Below, piece by piece: positions 1 through 15,187 of a stretch of 64,000 bases of DNA. This stretch comes from Anolis carolinensis. Taxonomy: Eukaryota. The stretch spans positions 176,561,574 to 176,625,573 of the forward strand of contig NC_085841.1 in the NCBI RefSeq assembly GCF_035594765.1. The letters run 5' to 3'. Each line of letters starts with the position of its first letter. Position 1 is the first letter of the stretch. The notes under the pieces were generated by a model. That model saw only the letters and a list, made by a program, of their open reading frames with translations, was not told where the DNA came from and did no database searches. A program made the position numbers and the translations under genes.

Positions 1-331
1 TGGAATATATGGCAGTGTGGACTCAGATAACTCAGTTCAAAGCAGATATTCTGGGTTATATGACTGTGTGCAAGGGCCCTCTCTCTTTGCCTCCTTGTCA
101 TGTTGCTCAACTGACCCATGATTTGCATTTCTGCCTGCTGTAGCATGCAGAAGGAATGCCCAGCTTGACAAAGTTTATATGCCACTTAGGGCCCTTCCAG
201 ACAGGATCTATATCCCAGGATCCAATCACAAATTTTCTGTTTATCCCAGATTATCTGGCAGTGCGGACTCATATAATCCAGTTTAACATCCAAAGCCTGG
301 GATGGGATCCTGGAATGTGAACTATTTTCAC
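1..331. mobile_element. Two fragments of a PIF/Harbinger-like MITE family (about 1-80 and 188-331, the second cut by the gap)
   Basis: Shared motifs ggcagtgtggactcatataatccagtt and gggccc termini, as in copies at 15725, 32150, 40672 and 52956. Confidence 0.55.
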
Positions 332-496
332 NNNNNNNNNNNNNNNNNNNNNNNNNNNNNNNNNNNNNNNNNNNNNNNNNNNNNNNNNNNNNNNNNNNNN
401 NNNNNNNNNNNNNNNNNNNNNNNNNNNNNNNNNNNNNNNNNNNNNNNNNNNNNNNNNNNNNNNNNNNNNNNNNNNNNNNNNNNNNNNNNNNNNNNN
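332..496. other. Assembly gap (N run)
   Basis: 165 consecutive N. Confidence 1.
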
Positions 497-1850
497 CACT
501 TGGGACGTGTTCGACTTGTGATTTTGTGATACGAAATCCAGCATATCTATCTTGTTTGCTGTGTCATGCAATGTAATAATAATAATATTTTGTGTGTTGT
601 CATGACCATAATCAACGCTTTTATTTTTCAGTGATTGATTTGGGGGGGGGGGGGCTAAATTTCTGTTTGCCTACACTTGAAAATTTCCTTGGACCTCCTC
701 TGCGTGAGGAGGAAGGAGTGCTGGACATACAGACTTTGTAAAAACAAGCTCCTTTGTCAGAGGCTTTGTGAACTAAGGCACGCATGTACTTAACTGGATC
801 TGCCATAGAGCTCAAGTCCACAAGCAAGACACTATAAAAAGGTTTGCTCATAGCTCAAGCCCATCTACTTTTGTCTCCCAGATTAACATTTCAGAAGAAC
901 AGACTTATGTTAGGTCTTGTCAGGCATCCCCATATTGATTAACCAAGTTGAGAAAATATCATGAGGAATTTAACTAAAAACAAGTTTGCCTTGATGTCCA
1001 AATCAAGCCCAAAAAAGTTTCCTACAAACCATGGCCAGAAGGTATGGTTAACTCAGTACATACAAAATATCCAGCCTGAAAAGATGGTGACTTCACTCTA
1101 ACAATAGACTTTGTTGAAGAGGTTGCCTTTTCTGATGTTATTTTATGAGATAAAACATTTCTGCTTTGAACAAATGATCTGACTGGATGCCACCATACAT
1201 TCTTCTCTGCAGTCCCTTTCCTTTAAGTCTGCCGTACGGACATTGACAAGAATACTACAGAATACACTAGAAAACATCTGGAGCTCTGACCCACAAATAG
1301 CACTGGTGCTTGGGATTTTGAAAGATATGTTTCCAGCCCTTGCCATACAGAATGGTTAACAGTCTGGTATTGGGAAGAAGCTACTGTTAATCTACAGTCA
1401 AGGTTATGCTATATAACATTACAGTAACAGTAATTTTGTTCATGAAATTTCATATACTAGTTGTAACTTACTGAAAAGCAGAGGAGCAGTTTTATAGCTG
1501 ACTGGATGTTAAATTATTTTTTGTGCATCTGCAAGTAGACAGAGGGGTGGAATCAGGGAAAGGAAAGATTCACAGCAATTCCAAGTGCCGCATGTCTTAT
1601 CTGGCAGCACTATTGCAGAGAAGCAGATTTTAGGGATCTTATTTTCTAGGAACACATTTTGGCAAATATTCTTGCAGATCCTGACAGTTATAGACATCTA
1701 AATTTGTGTTCATCAAAGGCTAAAAACACTCTTTCCTATACTATCATGTAATATTTGATGTAATATTGTTATATTCACTTTTTAGGCCAATGTATCTATC
1801 TTTCATTTTGGATATCTAGAAAAATGAGTTTGTCTATTTATAAATGGGAA

Positions 1851-2140
1851 GTCTGAACATCCCTTTTCCAGAAATCCAAACTTTTTCAAAATTCAAAATT
1901 GTCCACATGGATTTTGGGTTTTAGATGGCTAAGGGCACACCAACATGGTTTCATGATCAAATTTATTTTTTAAAAATTGTATACAATCACAGTATGTTAA
2001 TGCCATGTGTATATAAAACAAACATGACTTTTATTAATACTACTCTCCAAATATCTCATTATGTACCGATATGTAAATATAGCTATTCCAAAATCCAAAT
2101 ACTTCTGGTCTCAAGCATTTCAGATAAGGGGTACTAAAGC
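1851..2140. mobile_element. Degenerate Tigger-like (Tc1/Mariner) non-autonomous element
   Basis: Similar to 38214-38502 and 63153-63449 (aaatccaaa, cttctggtctcaagcatttcagataaggg). Confidence 0.5.
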
Positions 2141-2564
2141 TGGATTAACAGGGTAATGTAGTAGATATAATCGATTTACAAATACTTTTTAAAGTCTTTG
2201 GATAAAATCAAACACTTAAGAAGCTTCAGCAAACCTTGCAGTCACAGAATAATGGGAAAAGTACTCTTAGAATACAAACCGAACAGCAGGACTAAGTGAC
2301 AAATTCTCATAGTGGATGTTTGTGGGCCTTCAAAAATCTGTATTCAGACGAGTGCTTTTTAAATTGTTCATAATGATTTGGAATTTGGATGAACAGTAAA
2401 GTGATAAAATTTGCTAAATTATCTGGAGTTGTTAAAATAAGAACAGATTGCAGACAGATCGGGGGGAAAACCCTCCAAACTAGTGAAAACATAGCTAAAG
2501 TGTCAAATGTGATTCAATGTAAGCACATGTGAAATGATGTATATTTGTAGGTTTTTAAGCCATC

Positions 2565-2655
2565 TGTCAGGAGTCCTTTGATTGTATCTCCCTGCATGGC
2601 AGGGGGCTGGACTAAATGGCACCTGTGGTCTCTTCCATGATTCTATTATTCTATG
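2565..2655 (+). mobile_element. CR1 LINE 3' terminus
   Basis: gcatggcagggggctggactaaatgg...gattctattattctatg, the typical CR1 3' end with ATTCTRTG-type repeat. Confidence 0.65.
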
Positions 2656-2809
2656 GACAAAAATATAAAATAAAATAATAAAATGCCAATGTCATGTGTA
2701 CTGTGAAGAGCTGAACCAGCGGCATCTAACCAGAAAATCATTTATTTGGTTCTGAACCAAAGCAATTTTTGTCGTTGTGCATAACTGGAAAGAAAATGGA
2801 ATTTAACAT

Positions 2810-3330
2810 ATCCAATACCAGACTGTTATTGTACAAGACAATATAGTGCAACCACTTATGGAATACTATATTCACATCTGGTCACCCCACCTTTTAAAAA
2901 GGATATTGTGGTCCTGGAAATGGTACAGAAAATGGAAGCTACAAGCATAAAGTAACTCAAGGAACTGGAGTTTGAAGAAATATAACAATATTTGCAGCTG
3001 TTTAGCTCAGAAAGAAAGCTCACACTGAGTAAGGGGAGATATGATGGCACTGTATAAATTATGAATGAGGCAAGAACCTAAACAGGGAAGCTTTTTTCCT
3101 CTGTCTGACAATACCAGATCCCATTCAATGAAACAAACTGATAAGAAATTGAGAAAAAAAATAAAGGAAATACTTTTTCTTATAATACTTTGTTAAACTG
3201 TGGAACTGAGTGCCACAAAAGTACTGTAGTTATGGTTGCCAATTTGGATGGTTGCAAAAGGGGAGTGGGTAAATTCATAGAGGATGGGGCTAACAATATC
3301 TACTAGCCAGGGATGGCTGCGTATCACCTG
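2810..3330 (+). mobile_element. Old CR1 LINE ORF2 C-terminal fragment
   Basis: Degenerate coding remnants LYK..V.P..EY...WSPHL, LEMVQ, RGDMMALYK followed by CR1-like 3' UTR. Confidence 0.65.
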
Positions 3331-3374
3331 GAGTATCAAAAACAACATGCACCTCTGTATTAGGTTCTGATATA

Positions 3375-3585
3375 CAGTGATACCTTGAATTAAGAGTTGA
3401 ATTTGTTCTGTGACCAAGCTCTTAACTCAAACTGCTCTCATCTCAAAGCATTTTGTCACATCAAAATGCTCCCTCTGGCGCTGGCACTTCCTCTGGAGGT
3501 ATCGCTCAACTCAAATGCTGCTCTTATGTCAAAGCAAACCTGGGGAAGCTCTCAACTCAAAATGCTCTTAAGTCAAGGTCCACAG
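3375..3585. mobile_element. Tigger-like MITE
   Basis: TA-flanked imperfect TIR cagtgataccttgaattaagag / ctcttaagtcaaggtccacag; related to 50796-51401. Confidence 0.55.
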
Positions 3586-5519
3586 TACTGTCCAAGGTGA
3601 AGCCTACGGTTGTGTCCAGGTCCCGTATGGGCTTTGCACCAGCAGCTGTCCATTGTATGAATAGAACATTAGATAAATCTTTGGTTTGATACAATATGGC
3701 TTTTCTGATGTTTTTATATAATGCAATCCAGTGCATTTAGGAATGCCCCTGGAAAACTGTTTGGAAACTACAGTTTGATCAAAATTCAGTGGCCACTACT
3801 GTTTGGTGTGCACTTCAGAGACTGTATATCACTCATCCTATACCAACTTTACAGGCTTGCAGTATGTATGGGTTAGGATATCTGAAAGATGACATTCTCC
3901 TGCATAGACTACCTCCTGGACAATCTTGTCTAAAATCTGAGAACTTTTGCAGACTATTTCATCAGCTGAATACTGTAGGTTCTGTAGGGCTCCATTCTGC
4001 GAGTGATGCTGATGTTTGTATTGGAAAACTCTTGATAATTCCAAACAGCTAACATAAGAATCTCCTTGCTAACATTTAGCTATTGGTCTACAAAAAAAAT
4101 CCTGGATCCAAGCATTATTTATACTATGTAATATAGAATTGTATGCCTAGTTCTTAGTAATTTCAGTTTTAGTCACAGAAGAACCTAACAGTATGGAAAT
4201 CATTAAGCATTTACCAAATCCAGTTGTGGAGTAGAATGTGGGCTAATGGCTTGATAGACTAGTTGTATTTGCTTAAATAAATGTGTGACTAGTCATGCTT
4301 ACAATAACTTTGGCCCTAGCAGTAATAGTGCACCATATTAAGACTTAATTAAAAATGAGGGAAGAAGTTGGAGTAAGGGAGTCCAATTACACAAAGATTG
4401 CTGCTCAAAGTAAGTAGCTCATCTTAATTTTGCTCATCTTTCACACTGTCTTCTAACTGCTGTCACTTCACTTTTGCCATGAAAAATCATTCAACTACTT
4501 GTCCATCTGCATGGAAAGCAATTCAACTTCTTCATTCCTAGTCAAAACGGATACTCATATTCCTGCCAGATGTTAGTGTAGTTTATGTCTCCTGTATTCT
4601 CTAAAGTCAATGAAACTCTAAGAGAACAATATTGAGGATTTCTGAGTTTGGAAGCTCAACTGATTTGGAGAGTGAGGACATTGTTGCTTGTGTATCGCTC
4701 CATCTGCAGCTCCCTTCGATTATTTCATTCAAATGAACATCCTTTTCAGAAAAAGTTTTGTTCAGGATGCCCACAGCAACTGTCACCAAATGGGTGTTCA
4801 CAGGCTTCAATAAAGTTTTAAAACTCCTCCCACACATCCATGTTTTTGAGGAATAAAGAATTTTAATCTTTTACAAATCTTCAACAGTTTTCCTTGATGT
4901 TTTAGTTCCCACATATATCTTGAAGAGGCAACTCTAAAGATAATGAATATATACAAAGTATAAGCGATAAAGAATCTATAAAACGTTTGGTATGGAATCA
5001 TTTCACATATTCTTAACAAAACATCAGATCATTTTCAATGGTGCAGAAACAGTCTGCATTTGTCTTGTATCAAATTTTACTGATATAACAACACAATATG
5101 ACAAAGAAATATAATGAATATTTAGGTGTATTATGTAAGGACCCATAGCTTACTCCCTTTGTTAAAGGAAACTTTCCAAAACATTAAAATATATCAAAGA
5201 GGCTTACAAGTAGCAATTCTGTTAGCAAATGAAAAATTCTTTAAATATCAAAAAGCGCTTAAGCACTGGAAAACTAGGAAACTCTGAACCACAAGTACGA
5301 TGTGTCAGATTCAAGAACTTCCTTTCTGTTCACATTAATAGTGTTGCCTTTGGGGTGGAAGGGAGGGCAATGCAAGTGTGGCTACGGCCATCAAACTGGG
5401 CAAAACAAATCCTCAGATTCAAATCCTGTAGTGTAATAAGGAAGTTTAATTAAGGCCACATACTATGACTGCTAATGTTCTCTTATATAACAAGGTCTAA
5501 ATGAAGTTACAATTCCTTC

Positions 5520-5835
5520 ATTAGCAAATTACAAACAAGAGCGCGCAGCTGACACACCAGCTATGATTATCGCAACTAATTGCCTCGTTGTTGCAAACCA
5601 GCCTGGAATGGTGTTCAGATGTCCTTCTGCAATCGCAAATGAGGGCCACATCGGGCTATTTCTGTGATCACAAGGGGCTCTTGTACAGTGATCTGATTTA
5701 CCCTTGTCGACTGACAGCAAACGGCCCAATCAAAGCGCTCTCTACAAAAGGCAGGCTTTGAAGCCCGCTCAGCCTAGAAGCACGCTCCATATGCAGGCCG
5801 GCAGACTGCACTTCATTAGGCCTGTTGTCACTTTT
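5520..5835. promoter_or_regulatory. Candidate conserved intronic enhancer
   Basis: Non-repetitive, CpG-retaining block with TGATTTAC (Pbx/Hox), TGACAG (Meis), ATCAAAG and CTTTGAAG (TCF/LEF) and TAAT cores. Confidence 0.5.
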
Positions 5836-6021
5836 TCCCTCTTCTTATTCTAATGATCCTATTTTAATACATATAGGAACCTCTCCTAATTGATGTCAAG
5901 TGAGTGACTTCAACATTCATCAGCAGAGCACATCAAATAAATCTTGGCACACAAACCCAGCATCATGGTGTGTCCCGAGGTGTGTCTCTAAGTGCAGGGA
6001 AAGCGCACATGCACGCACTCA

Positions 6022-6186
<165 letters not shown>

Positions 6187-7836
6187 TCATAGTCACATTT
6201 TAATTTTTTAAGTTGTTTAAATATATCAGGATTATTAGAAATAATTATGCTAGAACCTTTTAAAAATGCTACACATTGATATTAAAGCCTCGAAACAGCT
6301 CAGTGTCATTTGTCAAGAATACAATACAATGCAGATCCCCCAAAAACGATAACATGAAAAATTGTGTCTTCCCATATAAGAAACAACAGGATATACTTAA
6401 TTATCATCTGATGAGATTTTAAAAGGCTATTAACTACTCAGCAGTGTAATTTTATGGACACCTTGATTAGAATTAAATTCAATTTAATTTCCTGTTTTAC
6501 TGCTTTCAGATGATAGCATCAAAGTCAAACCAACAATGCTTAGAAAACCAAGCTGCTTTGACAAGCACAAAAAGTTCAAAATCCTGATCATATTTATATA
6601 TCTGCCTTTCTCGATATAAACCCACATGGGTAAAATGTAATGAAGCTACCACTTTTTGTTGAAGAGTTTTCCTTTAAAAATGATCAATCACTTTGCCTGG
6701 CTACATTTAAAAAAAAATAAGTGTGCCTATTCAAAAATATTTCATGGGACAAAGGCTGTCCTACCTGGGTTTTTCCCCCACAGCTATGGGACAAATGTAC
6801 ACAATCCTATTTAAAAAGAACTATCCTCCCCTCCTTTATTGTGAGAAAAGTAAATCTACATGTGACAGATTTATTTTATTATGAGCAAGATCTAAAAGTC
6901 ATCCTCCTTAATAACTACGCTGACAAGTGACAACTTCACTCCATTACTTTTCAGTGGGAACATTACTCACACAATATTGAAAATGAGGAAACATTTTCAT
7001 GCGCTTTTCAAATCACAGATGATATATGAAGTGAAAGGACTGGTGATGTCCAGCACCACAACGGAATGCTAATAAAAACCAAGTGGTGTAAAATCAGGGT
7101 GCTTCTCTGCAATATATCACAGGATTGCCAAAAACATTAAAATTCTGAGGACAAATTAAAATGAGCATTTTAAAACTATGTTTAATATTTCAGTGATTAG
7201 CTAAGAGCTAAAGGGAGTGAACTGAAATTTTCTAAGATGAGAATACCACCGCCACATTGTATTTCATTTATACCAAGAACCGCTAATGCATAATCTCCAC
7301 AGTGCTCACATTGTGGGCAAATTCTTCTCTCTGACAGGTTCACAATTATGCAATACTACCATAGTGGATACAGAAATCCCAATGCTAACCACTGTTCCTA
7401 TGTGTTTATCCAAAGGTTATGTGAAAAAAGTAAATGTAATGCTTATGGGGAGGAAAACAGGAAAGCTTTGATGTTGTGCATTATTTCAAAGCAGTAAAAA
7501 AACAGAAGTGGGAGGCAGTTAAGTTTACCAAATCCTTACCTACAAATCTCTGCCACTTGAACAGCAGGTCAGTCTACCTCAACTGAAAATGCCTGACTAG
7601 CTTCTCCAAGTCTTATGATACCCTTGCATAAATGCATGACAAGTAGCTAGAACACCTTATCTTCAATGTAGTACAATTATGTTATGAGGAATTTTCATTA
7701 CAAACAGATTATTTTTCATAGGAATGTGATTTTTAAAAATTGTAAATGAAACATAAGTCAGTTTCCAATCAGGCTCCAGAATGGGATTGAGAACATATGC
7801 TTACTTTCAGAGAAAAAAGTGTGGTATAAATACATG

Positions 7837-7850
7837 TAATAATAATAATA

Positions 7851-7906
<56 letters not shown>
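7837..7906. repeat. (TAA)n microsatellite
   Basis: About 23 TAA units with one TAG interruption. Confidence 0.95.
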
Positions 7907-7909
<3 letters not shown>

Positions 7910-10900
7910 GCCATCCAGGTATTGTTGGACAAAAACACCCAATATCTTTAGCCAACATCACCAGGGGCTAGGAATGGTGGGAACTGCAGCTGAACATTTG
8001 GAGGATCACAAGTTCCTCCTACTAATAACATTGCCTTTAGTTTAGGATTGCGCTAGGCATCTTTTAGGGAGTTCAAATTCAAGATTTTCATAAGAAATAA
8101 TGATTAGATGGTAAGTGCCCCATTCTTTTAAAGATATATAGTTGACACACATAGTAGCAAATACTAAGACAAAAAAGAAACAACAGGACTGAGGATATAA
8201 AACTTCATCCAAATTTAGAATAGAAATATTTTGCACTTTCATTCACAGGTTATCAATGAAAAATAAGAGCTATATCCTTGCAAATAAGAATTTTAAATAA
8301 ACTGTAAAATTATTCATCCCTCCCCCTTTTCTATCTTTGTATCACAGATGATAAACATACATAGATTTATCTCACAAAACCTGGTGGATAATAATCCCTA
8401 GTCTTATTTGCAAAGTGATTTTTAACATTGTTTTATTATAGTTCCTAAATAAACATTCCCATATTACTATGTATCAGTAAAAGCTATTTGCATTCATATT
8501 CTTCTATTTGCTATGGCCATGTCTGCCTGTTAAAAATTGTTCACTCAAGCAACATAATCACACGCCACCCCAAAACGGATAGAATGGGAGATAAAGATTT
8601 ACACTAACACGTGCGTGAAAAGACAAGGTAAATTCATCATATATGCAGTAAGATTTGCATTACCAACATTTAGTAAAATAACAAGCGCAAAGACAATAGT
8701 AGTGGACTATTGGTGCTACCTCTGAAATCAAAGAGAGAAAAGTACCCTGTTTCTTTTTCTGTGAAAGCCTTCTCTGAAAACCACTACACATATAATCAAA
8801 ACAAAACTCCATTCCTAATGGAAGCTGTATTTTTTGACAAATGGCTTGAGACTGAAGCTTAGAAAGTTATTTGTAAGGCACAGAAATATGAAATGCTGAA
8901 ACTATTCATAACTAATGGTACGAAAATCACCTTACTATAGCTCGGTTACAGATTGTTTCGGCATGTCATTGTACAGTATTTGTTCTTTTGGAAAGTTCCA
9001 GCCCAAGATCCGCTGGAAAGATCATTTAACCTATGTTTTCTTACCAAAGTAAATAAGACTTCACTTGTCACCAAAATAATTTTGAATTTATTTCATCTTA
9101 CAGTCAAACATCACCCTCAAAGCAAGCCTTCAAAAGTTAATTGAAATCATTAAATGGTTTTGCCCTGAATATTTCAAATAATTTCACTGCTGTTTTCTGT
9201 TACACTGCTGTTTTAACATCTTCATGCTTTACTGCTATTTTGTAAGATGTTGCAAGAGGTTGCTTTCAAATTGCTAATTTATGCTTGCTGTCAGGCACTT
9301 TGAACTTTAGAGAAGAGAAGAAAGCTGGTATATTCACATTTTAAATAAATAAATAAATAAATAAATAAAATCTATATCAATATCCCTACTTATATCCAAC
9401 AAAACCATGATTTTCAAGGAAACAAATTTCTTGCTGCATTACCACAGTTATGTACTGAGTATTTGAGATCAAAATATGTTTAAAAGAAAAAGAATACAAT
9501 TCCAGGTAGCAAATGAACTCTGCAAATGTCATGACTACACGGCTCAGAGTATTTTATTCTTCCTTCCTTCAACAGAAGACAGAATAGGAACAAAGAAACT
9601 GAATACGTGTCTACACTGAAGAAAAAGCCATTTATTTCAACAGGTTTACGTCAAGATAATAAACCCTAGGAACATCTCCCAGCGATCAAGACCCATCATA
9701 CACAGTGGGACTTCTGCATCGACATGCTCTCAATGGCACCATAAAACTGCATCTTCTACTGCTGGCATGTGGCGAGAAATCTTTGAAAAATTGAACATTA
9801 CAGAAATTCTAGAATTTTTTTACTGAAATAGCAGGAGTAATATTTATGTAACATCTTCCTGTCAATAACATAACATGCAGAAAGAGTATCTGAAAAAAAA
9901 AACTAACATTCTGAAATTTCTATTCAATCCATATTCCTATTTCTGTTTAGCTGTATAAATATAAAATGTCCATGCAAAAACACTACAACACCAAAATATT
10001 TATACTGCATTGGGGGAGGGGTTTTTTTGATAATTTTACTTTTCAAATGGATGAAGCTAGACCATCAAATCTATTGTAATCAGATGTTTTTAAATTACAT
10101 AGTTTTGTACTCTGAACATGGAATATGAAAAGCAGTATCTATGCATGTAAGCATCAATTTTTAAGTAGTTGTATCAGTATACTGAATTAAATCTAAATAT
10201 AAGCCAATAATTTCTCCATATGGACAGAAAGCCCTTTGTCAGTATGCATGCCTTTCATTCGATTCCTTGATTCACACTGACATCTTGTGGACAAAACAGT
10301 TACTATACCGTAGTTAACGAATATTTCATTCTTCAATCCTAACCAAGTTTGCAACACAATGACATTATCTGTGTAGCATTAGTTGCACAGAAAACAGAAT
10401 GTGAAAGATCTCTGACTCTATTTTGTGAAGTTTCTCCAAATCCCATCTATATTTCTGCCCTGCTCTTATATCATATCAAATTTTGAGATTTTGTAGGCTA
10501 ACACTCTGTTCACTGTCAAAAAAAATCTTCTAGCAACCAAAAGAGTGACTATAGACATGGATATTATTTGATAGACAATATAGAAATTATATAGATTACA
10601 TAATTGGAAGTGGAAGATGAAGAAGCTCTATTGTTTCTGCAAAAATAAAACCATGAGCTGGTTGTAGCACAGACCATGAACTACTAAATTAAAAAATAGA
10701 GTAAAGTGAAAGAGGACTAAACAACTATCACATCAAAATACCACCTGAAGAATACCCCTGTAAAATTTAAAGATAATCTTCTTTTCAAAACAGGAATTAC
10801 AGTCATGTGCCTGTACCTTTCCACTTTTCAACAGAAGTACTTAAGATCTTTAAGGCATTTATAGATAAGATGTGATATATGAAATTACAAATATATTTAA

Positions 10901-12787
10901 ATATTACAGTCAACAGTTTTGCTTATGCCTATGAGTCGCATCTGAGAAAGGCATAATTTAAAGACTAATCAAATATTTTGAAAAAGAAGAGGAATGTCAG
11001 GAGATGACTTTAAAGACATGGCTTATACCCATTTTTATGGGGTGGGTGGCTGGGTTTTTGAAATCATTTTTATCTAAGTTCAGAGTACACACCTGATTGT
11101 GAACTGCTCACACATTTCTCATTATCATGAAGTCAAATATGGCATACCCTATCCCCCAAGATCATTGGGGTTACTTCATCACATCAGGGTTAAGCCTACT
11201 ACAGCCAATCCTTTTGTTCTTTCTTGTACTTTCTTTTTCTGCAAAGCAAGGGTTTCTTGCTATGTCAGATATCTTACAGATATCCGGATAGCTGAAATAC
11301 TTCATAGAATTTTATCTCAACTGCAAACTTCTATAATCTGGTTCAGAAAAGTTGCCTGGAAAATACAAAATACATTGCCGCAAAAATGTCACTTTTGCTT
11401 ATCGTTCTATCCTTATACAGATATTTTCAGTAGGGCTCTGTGAATTTCTTCATAGTTTTATACATTAATTACAAATAATACAACTACTACCCCCTTTCTA
11501 ATGGGTCTTTTGAACAAACTGTCAAATCCAATAACAACAATAATATTCTTCTCACTAAGTGGATCATATTTATCTAATGTTAGAACTTCCAAGATTTCAA
11601 CTTCGTTTTCCACACTCCATGGAGGTCATAAGTACTTCTTCATCCCAGTATTTTGGTACTAACTTGGTTGTATATGGGTGGTGTGCTTTAAAGTAGCCTG
11701 CCTACATGAATTTCATAGCCAAGGAATACAGAAAGGTGGTTTTGCCTCAGAAATATAGCCTCTATAAAGTGAAATGTAACACCTGAATGTCAGTAAGAAA
11801 TGCAGGGAAAAAAAACCATCACTTGTACCTATCTTTTAAGATCCGCTTTTCTTCTGCCTATAACATAGGAAGGGATGTATGTGGGAAACAACATGAGCAG
11901 TGAATGGATCTGATGGGTCTTGACAGCCTCTCCATAACACAACTAGATATTACAGGAAGGTAACACAACTCCTAAGATCAGGTCTCCAAATAAGAGATTC
12001 TGACATGCAACTCAGCGGCCTCAGATTAATATGCATCCCCTCAATCAATGGCTGAGCACGGATAAAAAGGAAAATTAAAAAATCCCCTCAAGCACTTAAT
12101 TCCATCTTCTAGGCACCACAAAAGAATTGCTGATGTACCCCTGCCAGCTGAACTTCAGAAGGTAGAGATGTTCACAGAGGTGCCTCATCAGATGATTTTA
12201 AGTAATAGCAAATCTAATTAAGGGGCAGTAAATATATAGCTGCCCCTTATATATATATGGAAGAACAGCTCCAGGTCCCAAACCATGGAAGTGGTACAAT
12301 GGTGTGAACGTGGTTCCATGATATGAAAGACCTGTATGCTGATACTCTGGATAATGGGAAGTAATCAAAAGCAGAGGCAAAAGACTGTAACTATTAGAAC
12401 TTTACTTTCTATTTCCCAGACAGTCATGTTCTGCAGATATAGTCAGCAGTCCAGAAGGGACTGCGCTGTACATTGTTTTTCTCTCATTTTGAATTGTTTT
12501 TCTTTTGGTTATAATGAAATTGACATTATTTTGCAAACCAGAAGGAATTATTATTATTATTGTTATTATTAATAATAATAATTTTATTTCTTACCCACCT
12601 CTCCTCAGTGCTCAAGCCAAGTTACAGCATAATTAAAACACATAAACATTGTAAAATTATATAAATATACATATTTCTATAAAAGATACATATTAAAATG
12701 AATTTCTACAATATACATATTAAAACACACAGAACAGAGATTAAAACCCAAAGACAATATAAACGTAGCATAAATACATAATCATTA

Positions 12788-12958
<171 letters not shown>

Positions 12959-13074
12959 TTAAAATCAATTTTAGCAAATATAGAGCCAATTGCCATTTTA
13001 CAGACTTAATTTTATTTTCCATTGAAAAATACCATGCATTTTTAAAGATTATGTTATATCTTTATAGCATAATC

Positions 13075-13270
13075 TATAGACTACTACAATGGAGTCTGAG
13101 CCCTGCCACATGCACAATGGAGGACCTCCTTACAGCAACACCAGAGGCACTCAAAGTGGCCAGCTACTGGTCAATGGAAATTTAGTATAATGCCAAGTTT
13201 TTAATTTTGTTTGTGGTTTTTCTATACATTATAACGGTATTGTCAATTCACTTCTGACATGATAAATAAA
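13075..13270 (+). mobile_element. Vingi-like LINE 3' fragment
   Basis: LLQWSLSPATCTMEDLLTATPEALKVASYWS C-terminus plus 3' tail; reverse-orientation homologue at 30003-30140. Confidence 0.6.
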
Positions 13271-15059
13271 ATCTCACTCACTAAGTTCTCATGGAACAGC
13301 TAGTTTAAGGGATGTAGCAGTTACTGCTAATCCAATCTCATCTTTTTGGATGAAAAGTGCTATATTTCTCATGAGATGGTGAAACATTAATCACTATTTG
13401 CTTATTAGTCATACTCTCCGGAATACGGATGCCCCTTTCATAGAAGGGATTTTGAGGCCATAGAAATGTAGATCACTATCAAGCCTGAAATGGGAGTTGT
13501 CGGGAAGAGTGAGAACTAAATTCCCAACTGAGCAGTTTCATCGTGAGTATGAAAAAAGTATAAAATCCAACATTCTCAAAGAGTATATATCTTAATATTT
13601 CATATCTCATCCTTCCTAAAGCTGGTGCTATCTACATGTTGTGGACTACAAGTTCAATCACACAAAAGCTAGTTGTCATGCTATATGGGTATTGTGGAAA
13701 TTGTGTTCCAACACATCGGAAGGGCACCAAAGTGGAAGAAGATTATCCCAGATGGCAGAAAAACAAAGTTCCTAAGGCCTCTGCTGATTGTCAAAATTCA
13801 ATAATAGACAAATCACTCTTCACCCAGAGTCCCATTCATCTTGTACCAAATTTATGTCCCAACTACGTACACAACAAATGCATATTAGCTGACTTTTGAA
13901 CACATTTTGAACCAGTGTATATCCATGCAGTTTAAACCTAAGGCCTTCCCCATATGTTCAATTCAGTCACACTGGCACTCTGACCAACAACAACAACTAC
14001 TACCATCAGCAATTTTGTGCTTCATGGTTGGCGCTATAACTAGGGCAGGACAATGACAGAAAGGGTGGCCATCCACCGGCACTGAACTGGTTTCGTAGCT
14101 GCTGGACTCTTTAACCACCTTCTTGCCACCAGGTCAGCTCAATGCCACACTGTGCAGACAGTCTCCTACCAGCAGGAAAATTCAGAGCCTGCCTGTTCAG
14201 ACTCCCCCAGGACTGATCCAGAGTAAATGGCATGTGTAGATATGCTCTGTGTTTTTGTGGCAGAAATAGTCAAGGATTCTTTTCAATAGGTCCAAGAAGC
14301 AGTAATATACCCAAGGTCCTCTAATAAGAGTCTGATCATCCCTATTCATACCTTCACAACACACTGAGATTCTCATACAAAACCCTTAGTAATTCACTAC
14401 CTTCATGTGAAAATGCCAGTTCTTACAAAAAAAAAAAAAAAAGGGGGGGGGGGGCTGAAATACAAACTGCATTATGGCAATATGCATTTCCTTTGGAAAA
14501 TAACTGTACGTGCCAGCTTTAAGAAATACATATCTAATTGCTTGTGCTTAAAAACCCCAAAAGATTTCCCCATCATATCCAAATGCAGTGTCTAAGTTTG
14601 ACTGGGATTTATTTATTTATTTATTTATTTATTGCAACAGCAACAGTTTAGCCACATTCAAGCAACTGAAGAAGGTACAGGAAAAACTGCCTCAGCAAAA
14701 GAGCACGTTTAGTAGAAACAACAAAAGTTTATAAAAGTTAGAAGTCAGGCTTCATAACAGAATTTTGCATTCTAAATTTTTTATCCTCCAAGATAGAGAC
14801 AAATACAAATTCAAATAGTAGCAAAGTGTGACAACTGGTGGGACAAAATGCAATCTGAATTACCAAAAAATTTTTTTTAAAAAAAATCTGTATCTGTGAC
14901 TAAGATAGCCACAGATCTGAAATCTGCTCCCACATATTTCACTGCTTCATAGAGAGACAGATCATCTACAATATTTACAACACCACATTACCCAGTTGTT
15001 CAGCTGTATCTGTATCTACCACTAAAGAGGAAGAAGTCTGATAATATTCTATGTCATAC

Positions 15060-15187
15060 CTGACTGATATGTACTGCAGACACCTGGGCTGAACATACAG
15101 ATGAGTGGCTTGGAGAGTTTGGCAATGATTTGCAAGGACCTATTGAAAGCTGCTGTTTTTTCCTTGTTGCAACAATCTTCTGTGCAA
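15060..15187 (-). CDS. AGAP1: AGAP1 coding exon, 128 bp
   Basis: ttacag|TT...CAG|gtatga; translates (V)AQKIVATRKKQQLSIGPCKSLPNSPSHSSVCSAQVSAVHISQ; phase 1-0. Confidence 0.95.

Noticed and set aside
4607-5040. Short minus-strand ORFs as an extra AGAP1 exon or pseudogene
   Set aside because: No recognisable AGAP PH-domain sequence or convincing splice pair.
7758-7961. Poly-Tyr ORF (similarly poly-Val/Thr at ~44600 and IY repeats at ~52870)
   Set aside because: Translations of microsatellites.
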